Assembly: GCA_951406725.2 (NCBI GenBank)
Contig: OX597816.1
Location: 158,162,001 to 158,226,000 of the forward strand
Source of the DNA: Octopus vulgaris
Taxonomy: Eukaryota
Reading direction: 5' to 3'
Length of the DNA: 64,000 bases
The notes beneath the pieces are model-generated. The model was not told the DNA's origin, did not search any database, and saw only the letters and a program-made list of their open reading frames with translations. Of this stretch, positions 54,461-64,000 are shown in pieces. Each line of letters opens with the position of its first letter. The stretch's first letter is position 1. Both the position numbers and the translations under genes were made by a program.

Positions 54461-54733
54461 CAATGGTTCTCAACCAGAGCCCATATGAACCTTGGAGGTC
54501 CATATGAACTTTGAGGGTCAGTATGAATTTTAAGGGTCCATATAAGGTTTTGTTGTTAAGATATATGTGCAATGAATTAGTTAAACTTCTACAATACACA
54601 AAATATTTCAACAATTTTTTTCACACAGTTCCAAATAATATTCGATTATAAAAATATAATAGGCTATGAGGGCCCACCTGAATAAAACAGAAACCAAAGG
54701 GGTTCATAGAAGTAAAATGTTTGAGAACAACTG
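54461..54733. mobile_element. hAT-type MITE with 8-bp TSD
   Basis: TIRs caatggttctcaa / ttgagaacaactg; TSD ctctacac at 54453-54460 and 54734-54741. Confidence 0.88.
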
Positions 54734-56366
54734 CTCTACACAGTTTCTGTCAACCAAATTCCATTCACTAGATATTTCTCTGACCAAGGCTGAGGTAAAA
54801 GAACATAGAACTTTAAAATTTGGAAATGAATTTTTTTACCACAAGATCAGGACATCATTTCATCCAGTCCTAACATAACTACCATTCATATACCAGAAAA
54901 TGGGTTGAACTCTAGAAACGTAACCTCAAAAACAGCCAAGTGCAAGCACTGAAGATCAGGATAAGCAATTGTTATCCAAACCAGAGTTACATTAGAGCCA
55001 CACATTAACTATGTTGTCACTTTATCTGCTAGAAATAGCAGCTAAAATCCTACCATCTTAAACAAACAAAGAATATATTGAATAATGTAATCTGATGTAC
55101 TATGTCTGATTAAAAGAAGGATGGTCATGGTAAGAATGCATTTAAATCATGTCTGCTGAAATCAGAACTAACCTGGAGCTAAACAGCAACTTTTGACAGT
55201 AAGATCAATAAGTAGTTAAATGCCATATAATTTTTTTTTTTCTCTGTAAGTTCCATGTGCTCCAAGTGTCATAATTTCCGTATGACATTAACAACAACTA
55301 CGACAACAACTGCTATCATAATACATTGACTGTAATAGACGTAATTATTTTTTGTGGAAAAGAGAAAATCATGATACTCAAGCAGTGCATAGAGACAATA
55401 CTGCAAACTCTATTCCAGATATCAATCTACCGAGAAGTACTGATCGTAGAACTCACTGCTGCAAAAGCAGAAGCAGCAGCACTGTAGGATTGCTGAGAGT
55501 TGGTTTTAGACTGATAAATGAAATTTGTTCTATGACAGAAGCTACCTTTGATAGACAAATGTCACATCTAAAGGAAGAGCAAGCTCTCATTTGGTTTTGT
55601 TTTATATAATACAGTTTATGAGCGATGGCGTCATTGGTTACAAGTTTTTAGCAGAGTGACAATGGAGAGCCAGTAGCTTGCTATATCTCAAGGGACTTTG
55701 TTGCTGAAGTATTGGGTTTTTTTTGGGTTTTTTTTGTTTTCTCACCTGTGTTTATGTCCTTTAGTAATACACAGGTAAAAAATATACACATACATGCATA
55801 TGTATGTGTGTGCGCGCGTGTGTGTGTGTGTGTGTGTGTGTGTAATGTTAAGGAAAGGAGACAGTAACACATACATACAAGCATGCACACACATACACAC
55901 ATACATATACATACTTACATACATACTTATACACATATACATATACCTACGTATGTGTGTGTGTGTGTGTGCGTGTGTGTTTGTGTTTTTGTCTGCATCT
56001 AAGGTTTATGTTTACACCATTTAACAATTAGTGTTGTTTATTTTGTGACTCTTTATGTCCAGTAACTTAGTAGTTCAACAAATAGAGACCAATAAATTAA
56101 GTATCAGACTGATATTAATACTAAAGTTAATATGATCTCTTTTCAATACATCAAACTTGCCTGAAACTCCACTTGATTCTATGATGCAAAATTCATATTT
56201 TTAAATGATCTAAATTACAGCCTTCCTTCATAATCCCATGTTAATTGAGGTCCCTAACACTAGCTCAATAATGACAATGTTATTTTACAAAATTCTTCCT
56301 TATTTCAAAATTCTTTAGAAATACAGGCAGTAAATTCCAACAGAAATATGATTACATAATAGTTAA

Positions 56367-56586
56367 CCTTTTAGCATTTAAAACAGCCATATCCAACCCA
56401 AATATTCTGCCTGTTTTATTTTCAAACTGGTCAGATCCAGCTCCTCACCCCTACCCTATAAAGTCATACTAAAAATAGAAACTCAAATCATTGAACTTTC
56501 AAAGCTATAAAATATTGCATGATTAATTCCAAATAATGTGAATAAATATGCATTACATTTGATAGGGTAATCTGAATGTGAAAAGG
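56367..56586. mobile_element. piggyBac-type MITE
   Basis: TTAA-cctttt...aaaagg-TTAA (TTAA at 56363 and 56587). Confidence 0.65.
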
Positions 56587-57437
56587 TTAAAGGCAGTACA
56601 ACAGCATGGCAGCAGTCCAACAACTGAAACTTGTAGAAGGACAAAAGAACTAAATTCAATGGAAGGAGTCTCTGAGAGAGCTAGTCTTTGACTGGGATAA
56701 TGTTGCCAAAACTGTGGACAATCTTCAGTTAATATAAATTACATTTATGATGTTTAATACGGACATGTATTGATTTTTAGTGCAGACATTTCAAGCTTGG
56801 ATGCTCTTTTTAATAACCTGCTTCTATTTGTGACCAACATTTGATGAGTTACAGACCAAAAGCAAATAATCACCTGTAAACCATGTTCGTTGTTGTTAAA
56901 CAACCCTAATTGAACACACTTTTGTTCAAAAGCATTCCAGCCATGGCCATCACATGTATTCTTCAGACAAAGTATCTTTAGGGATATTTTTGGCAATGCA
57001 TCCTTTTTTTAAGACAGAAGGTAGAAATATGAAAGAGATTTGATTGTTATGTTAGCATGTCAACTAACCACAGAGAAACTCTTAGACTGGTCTGAAACTG
57101 AACTGGGCGGGTTTTTAAAAATGATTTTTATTTATTTATTTATTGTTCCATGACTGCTCATATCTGATAATCTATCATTTTACATTTTCTGGAAAGTATA
57201 TCTGATCAAGAATGTATAAAGAAGTGCACACATAAATCAGCCAAGCATTTGACCATATCCATTCTTGTCTGTATTGCCCAAGCATTTCAATCAACTGATA
57301 TTATTGGAGTTATCTCTCTTGCTTTTTATTTGAACCCGTTTCAACCCACTTGAGACTACTCCTAGTGCTTTGGTACAAACTTACTGCTTTAAAGTAATCC
57401 AAACTAAAACTTTCTATTGAAATTTCTCCTTTATTTA

Positions 57438-58719
57438 TAGGGTCTTGCAGATAAATTGAAACAACTTTTATGGTGCATAAAACTGGTTATAAATACTAAA
57501 TTAATGGTAGTAGACAGATATCATTTTAATGTAACATTTATTACAACAAAAACATTTATCACTCAACATGGCCACCATTTTGAGCAATTACTTTCTCCCA
57601 ATGAGAATGAAATTTTTTTGCAGCTGCCACAACATCTGCTCTTTTGATTTTGCACGTCATATACACAATGTGGGTCTTCAATCTCTTGACACACGAGTGT
57701 GGTGAAGCATTGGTCCTTGCTTGAAGTATGCCCCATAAAAAGTAATCAAGAAGGTTGAGATCTGGGCAATTACTGGGCCAGATGTTGGCCCTCACAAAAA
57801 ATGGCACCTTCTCACCAAGGAAGACCTGTGTTGCTTTTGACTCATGGCATGGTGCAGAATCCTGGATATGCATGACATTGTCAAGCCCAAACTTCTGTGC
57901 CATCCAAGGTAACAGAGAGTTCTTCAGGATGTCCAGATACTCCTTTGTGCCGATCTTCAAACCAAATTCAATGGAGTGTTTGGATCCATGACACTCCCAT
58001 TACTTGCCACAGTTCCAAATACCTTCACAGAGGCAGGATTCTTAGCCTCAAACACAGGTGGGACGTCAGAAGGGTTGTACGCAATCACTCAAGAATTTCT
58101 GTGATTCACCTCAGTATCCACAGTGAACTTTTCATCCACAAATACAAGAGTTTTTCCTGCACCTTGATGCTTGATGAATGACTGAAGCTTTGGGCATCTC
58201 TTGGCTCTGTTTGCTAGGCTTTGGCTGTTAGAAAGTGACTGTGTCATTGAACATAGTTAGTCATGCCAAGGTTCCTGTTCACAGCGCTGGACACCGTGGA
58301 AAGGGACACATTGCATTTCTTTGCAAGAGTTTTCATGGATGTGGATGAGTTGGTTTCAATCAATCATTTGAGTCCAGTGAGAAACTTTGGATTGCACTTG
58401 GAATCATTTCAAGTCTTGTGTTCTTTTCCTTCAATCTTTCTCTCTCCTTTAAATTATTTATACACATGACAAACTGTTGCTTTTGGAAGTTTCATCAACT
58501 TAACAGTTCTTTTAGCATTGTGACCGGCATGCCAAAACAACAATGACTGAATGATTCTGTTGTTCTATGATTTTCTGTTATCAAATCAGTTTGCTATTTA
58601 CCTGAAAAATTAAGAGGAGGATTAGATTTTCAAGCAAGCAAGGTTTCGTCAAAAAATGAAATGTTAAACCCACTAAGTCAACTGCTTAAAATTGGTCTCA
58701 ATTTATCTGCAAGTCCCTG
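57438..58719 (-). mobile_element. Full-length decayed Tc1/mariner element of the DD37D (maT) family
   Basis: About 27-bp TIRs (t/c)aggg(t/a)cttgcagataaattga with TA on both sides; 1282 bp; transposase remnant on the minus strand. Confidence 0.92.
57559..57960 (-). pseudogene. DD37D transposase catalytic-domain remnant
   Basis: QDSAPCH...WPSNCPDLNLLDYFLWG with 37 residues between the second and third D; the upstream part is broken by stops and frameshifts. Confidence 0.9.
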
Positions 58720-58971
58720 TATGTTCCAAACAACAATTTGATTAAGGTAAAAGTTATTTCACTAAATTCTTGTCTGCAAAACTTATTGAAATAATTACAG
58801 ATTATTTCAACAGAAATATATTAACAATAGGGTTGAACATTCTGAGAGAGACCATTTGTCTACTAATTGCTTGGATAACCTCAGTTGCTTGGAAATTTTT
58901 CATCTTACCATATTTAAAAAGTGAGACTTTTACTGTAGTTCGCCTGTAAATTTGTATTTTATTAGAGTCTA

Positions 58972-59469
58972 CCGTAAATCCTCGAATATAGGGGATTTTT
59001 AGGGGGCTGTACCTCTAAAAAACCTAAACCTTGTGTATAATACGCACCACTTCTCTAACTTGAGTCGTGCATAATTAAGCTAGCAGCACCTAGTCGAACA
59101 AACACTTCTGTGCATACCTAATACAATAATGGTGATGTTCTTAACTGTTATATGGGAATGTAAATATGTTTGCAAATTGTTTTCGTTACATGTTATTCTG
59201 TGTTCGGAATACTATTATTTTAATAAATGTTGCTTACTGCAAGTTATGGAGGATTCTTTTTTGGCTTCATTGCTTTCAGGCTTAGCTTAAGGTATTTTCA
59301 TGCCCCACATCACAAAATGTGTCTGAATAAACATTGCCAGACAGCAAATAGAAACTCGGACATTGCTTGGAAAATATTTTTCATTTTTAACCTTGTATAT
59401 AATATGCACTAGGGATTTTGACCTTTAAATTTTGGGAAAAAAATGCGGATTATACTCGAAGATTTACGG
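58972..59469. mobile_element. pogo/Tigger-type MITE
   Basis: TA-ccgtaaatcctcgaatata ... tatactcgaagatttacgg-TA. Confidence 0.85.
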
Positions 59470-59807
59470 TATTTCCATCCATCAAGAAGCCTTTCATTTA
59501 TCTGGTGGCAAGGCACCTTGATAACTGAGAGAAAATCTGCTCCTCAGTAAAATATATGAGAAGTTAAGTAGTCAAAGTAAGTTCTCAGACTCCAGATGGG
59601 TGTTATTTGTAAGTAGGGTCATCCTTCTACTCAAGTATAGCTATGTGGTTAAAAAGTTAGATTTGCAGTCATGTAGTTCTGGTTTCAATCCTACTATGTG
59701 GTACCTTTGGTAAGTGTCTTTAGCCATAGCCCTAGGAAGTCTTATGATTGGAATTTGGAAGATGAAAACTTTTAGGAAAACACACACACACACACAAATA
59801 AACAGAC

Positions 59808-59846
<39 letters not shown>

Positions 59847-59914
59847 AAGAGAGAGAGAGAGAGAGATACATACTTACATACATACACACACATACAGACA
59901 TACACTCACACATA

Positions 59915-60080
59915 CAGTACCATCTTAAGGCATGGGCACACTGAGTAGTTGCCCAGTGCCCATAGGTCTAAGGTCCAAATTCTAATCTATGTATGCTGTG
60001 GCTTATTGTCAGTAAATAAATTCCATAGGGCTCAATGCATTGATTTGCCCAGGGGCCTTCAGTGGTGCTAAGACAGCACC
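59915..60080. mobile_element. Possible small MITE
   Basis: Imperfect ends cagtaccatctta / taagacagcacc with two internal ttgcccag blocks. Confidence 0.35.
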
Positions 60081-60097
60081 ATATACCTATCTATCTA

Positions 60098-60160
<63 letters not shown>

Positions 60161-60459
60161 GCCTGTCTGTCTGTCCGCCTCCTCTTCCGCCTCCTACTCA
60201 TCATTATCATCATCATCATTCAGTTGTGAGGTTCCAGTTTGAGGTACTGGAATTGTGAGGAGCAGAGAGTCATCCCTTAGTTAACATTACCCCAAGGTCC
60301 ATTCTGATCCAGAACAGTAGCACTTGTCAGGGTCTCATCAATGGGTTGGCACCTTGCTGTACTAGAACCAAAATATCTAGAAGACCTGTCCACCACAGTA
60401 GAAGCATTAATTCTCTCACCCTCCTCCAGCTGAAGGGGTTGTTTTTGTTTTGCAAGTGC

Positions 60460-60712
60460 CCTCATGCTGGTCCACACAAAAAGCACCTATGCAGGTCCAT
60501 GTAAAAAGTACCCATGCTAGTCCACATGAAAACCACTCATGCCCTTCCACATAAAAAGCACCCAGCACACTCTGTAAAGCAATTGGCATTAGGAAGGATA
60601 CCCAGCTGTAGAAACCAAGGCAAATAAGGCTGGACCCTGGTGCAGCTGTTCATCTTACTAGCCCTGATCAAATCATGCAACACATGCCATCATGGAAAAC
60701 ATGTTAAATGAT
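60460..60712 (+). mobile_element. RTE-tail family C element with short head repeats
   Basis: Repeated ccatgctggtccaca.aaaaagca-like units, then aaaagcacccagcacactctgtaaag...aggaaggatacccagctgtagaaacc. Confidence 0.75.
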
Positions 60713-61168
60713 TGTAGGCAAAGCTATTTGAAACAGGTTCGCTTTGCCCACAAAATATTACTGGGAGTCAACTACAGTTATCACCCCTGTTGAATGTTCT
60801 AGAACATTCCAAGCAACCTTGTTTAGCTTCCCCTTTGCTAGCATAAAAGGTGTAACTGCTAAACTACACACTGTAGGGTGTGAGAGGTAACCTCGACTAC
60901 TTAATAGTGAACTCCAATTGAATCTCTCTCTCTTTTCTCTAAGATGTGGCAAAGTCAATATCAGAGAGAGAGCCAAGCTCAAAGCTTCAATGTTTCTTCC
61001 ACCAACAACTCCCTCATGCACTGATACAAGTGTTTGTCATCACTTACTGCACCAGAGGTATAATACAGCCATTGAAATAATGACCCAACACAGTCATTAA
61101 ATGATGATTATGATGGTTATGGAGGTTCCTGCTACTTCTGACAAAGCCCTTAGAAAGGTAACTCTTCT

Positions 61169-61403
61169 TATTTCTTTATTGCCCACAAGTGGCTAAACAT
61201 AGAGGGGACAAACAAGGACAGACAAATGGATTAAGCCGATTACATTGACCCCAGCGCATAACTGGTACTTAATATATCTACCCCGAAAGGATGAAAGGCA
61301 AAGTCGATGTCGGCAGAATTTGAACTCAGAACGTAACGGTAGACGAAATACTGCTAAGCATTTCACCCGGCGTGCTAATGTTTCTACCAGCTTGCAGCCT
61401 TGG
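61169..61403 (-). mobile_element. SINE family A, full length with 16-bp TSD
   Basis: TSD gaaaggtaactcttct at 61153-61168 and 61404-61419; reverse complement of 45208-45434. Confidence 0.92.
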
Positions 61404-62351
61404 GAAAGGTAACTCTTCTAGGAGAAAGATGCCTAGACATAAAACTTGCTGTCAAAATAGTACCAGCCATCTTTCAATGTTTGAACTAGAACCTGTTGTG
61501 GTGTCTAAGAGAGTAGCGGAAGTGTTGGAGATGCTTTTGTCACTGAAATCCAATGACGTACAGATGTCTCTCCAGTTTTTCATTCCTTGATCTGTTTTGT
61601 ATTGTATAACATCCTATGGCAATGGACATTTGCTCACATGCAAGGATGAAAGTAAGTCAGAACAATCAGGTTGAATGTGAGACAGCTATCATCTGACAAG
61701 ATGAGGCAATGTATATATACATTTGTGTGTGTGTGTGTGTGTCTGTGTATGTTTGTGTATGTATTTTTATGTCTCTATGTATATAAAGTGTGTATGTGTG
61801 TCATGAATATGTGTTTATCGTGAACACACATATATTTATATGGAGAGAAAGAAGAGCAAGAGGGGGGGAGGAGCAAGGAGAGAGGAGAGAGAGGAGCAAG
61901 GGGAGGAGAGAGAGGGAGAGATGATAATCGTCTTGGCATGTAGGATGTTGAGATCAATGAAATCAACTACTTGTGCTCGCAAATATGTGTGTGTGACTAT
62001 ATATGTATATGTATATGCATGTGTTTTATGTATGTGTGTGACAACTGGTAGATCCAATCATTACTTATAATAGATTATAATTAGTTAGTCAGAGGCAGGG
62101 TCCTTCCCAAACTGGTGCAGTTGATATACTTTTTAAACATCTGTAGATAATATCTGCAGGAAACGAATAGTTGGGGATGGGATTCCAAAGGCTGCAGTTC
62201 TAGAAAGGTCTTGGGGCCATTTAGTACAAACTGTACTCTCGCAAACTTAATTGTCTGCTCACCTTATCTAATACACACACACCTGTAACTTGAAGGGTGC
62301 TCTGAAATATCCTCTTCACCATTTTCTCTCTCTCTTCCCTTTCCTTTTCCA

Positions 62352-62742
62352 ACAGGGGTAGCCATGGTATCTCCTCTATTGCAAGACACCTATTTCTGTA
62401 CCCATATTCATGCCCTAACTTCCCATCCCCTGACGCAAAGCTACATCCACATCCCTCGATACTATATCCCCCTCATTTGAGGGGGCTTGTCTAACAGGTT
62501 ACCTGGTAACCTCTCTGGTTCTGGTGCTACAGAGAAAGCACTCAATATGCTTTAAAATGGTTGGTGTTGGGAAGGGCATCCAACCAGAGAAACCATGCCA
62601 ATTGGGAAGAGCATCCAGCCGGAGAAACCCTGCCAAAACAGACAGTTGAACTTGATGCAATCCACTGACTTGCCAGTTCCTGTCAAACTATCCGATCCAT
62701 GTCAGCATGAAAGAAGGGCATTGAATGATGATAACGATGATA
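62352..62742 (+). mobile_element. RTE-tail family C element
   Basis: Colinear with 2680-2940 (gcaagacaccta...ttgagggg...gaagggcatcc...gatgat). Confidence 0.75.
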
Positions 62743-62753
62743 TTAATAATATA

Positions 62754-63310
62754 CAGGGGTTGGACAATATAACAGAAATGTCATGATGTAGCTATTTTTT
62801 TCTATTGGCAATATGAAAAACTCAAAATTGTTCTTAGTCTTTCTATATATATGATTTTTTTTTAGGTTCTTTATGTAGTCTATAAATACCTAGCACTTCA
62901 TGATACAGCCCTCTATTTCTTATTTTTAGCAGATTTTTATATTTAAATAAGTTGAACTACATGATCTGTCTGATTTCCAAAGAGAACAAATTGTTGGAGC
63001 GGAGCTTCATTCACTAAAACTGCTGAATTGTTTAATGTTTTGAAAGGTACAGTCACTAAAATCATGTTGACATTTCAAAATCAAGTTAACACCAACTCTG
63101 GTATGCATAATTCTTAATGGAAAGCAAAGCTCACAGAGAAGGGCTACATAATAGTGAAATATATATTGTGTCTAAAAACAACTGAACTACTGCAGCAAAA
63201 GTGACAACAGAACTAAACTGCCACTTTACAAGCCCCGAGTCAACCAAAACTGTTTGACATGAGCTCCATAAAGCTAGGTACCATATGAGGGCTACAATTG
63301 CTAAACCTTC
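62754..63310 (+). mobile_element. 5' half of a Tc1 element (left end plus decayed HTH region)
   Basis: TA-caggggttggaca start; translation DLSDFQREQIVG..ASFTKTAELFNVLKGTVTKIM...TTAAKVTTELN...ELHKARYHMRATIAKP. Confidence 0.8.
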
Positions 63311-63319
63311 CCTGTCCTC

Positions 63320-63565
63320 CATCAACACCAACACCAGTCATCAAGTGGTGATGGGGGGAGAAACATAGACACAATGACTCACACACACACACATGCCTGC
63401 ATGCACACATATGGTAGGCTTCTTTCAGTTTCTGTCTACCAAATCTACTCACAAGGCTTTAGTCAGCCTGAGGTAATAGTAGAATACATTTGTCCAAGGT
63501 GTCATGCAGAGGGACTGAACCTGGAACCATGTGGTTGGGAAACAAGGTTACTACTGCTCAGCCAT
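63320..63565 (-). mobile_element. SINE family B, 5' part
   Basis: ggcttctttcagtttctgtctaccaaatctactcacaagg...gggactgaacctggaaccatgtggttgg. Confidence 0.82.
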
Positions 63566-64000
63566 ATGTATATATCGGGGGGGGGGGGGGAATCAAGGAC
63601 TTTTTTGGGTGGGGTATCGCCCAAAAGTATTTAAAAAAATACTATATAAGGTGGAAATCACAATTTGTAACAAATGGACACTTTTTATGTATTCTAAGTT
63701 TGTTGTAGCAGACCATATGCATATGAAACAGTAATGCTGGTAAACTGCTGGAAATAAGATAACAATGTTATTATATTTGCAATGGCGTGGTTAGAAAGAG
63801 GTTGCCCGGGCAACTAGAGCAACACCCCTGCATCTGCCACTGTATATAAAAAGGCTCTCCAATTGATTCAAATGGAGTATTTTACAAACACACTTGAACT
63901 TCTGATCCACAAATATGCTGTTTCATCACTATGTTTTTCTACTGATTCTTCTGTAGCTACTGTTCCTTGGTGCTAACTAGTTTTGTGCTATCATTTAGGC

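Overview
AT-rich, microsatellite-dense eukaryotic DNA that is intronic or intergenic. The SINE, LINE and microsatellite make-up matches what I recall of octopus (coleoid cephalopod) genomes; this is an inference, not a search result. I recognise no intact host protein-coding exon, and almost all listed ORFs are translations of (TA)n/(CA)n/(CAT)n tracts or of SINEs. The window is a mosaic of tRNA-headed SINEs (at least 4 families), RTE and CR1-group LINE remnants, a full-length decayed DD37D (maT) Tc1/mariner element, Tc1 fragments, mariner/pogo/hAT/piggyBac-type MITEs, a Chapaev3-like transposase remnant, two non-autonomous Helitrons and a probable solo LTR. The most notable signal is about six sequence-unrelated short elements, mostly in or beside (TA)n tracts, that each carry a type I hammerhead ribozyme (HHR) fold (stem I-CUGANGA-stem II-GAAA-stem III-NUH-stem I). 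Two copies (37153-37187 and 45997-46063, both minus strand) keep the full catalytic core. Three families occur as head-to-head palindromes, and one of these is a tRNA-headed SINE with the hammerhead in its tail. These look like a diverse set of non-autonomous Penelope-associated or retrozyme-like elements.
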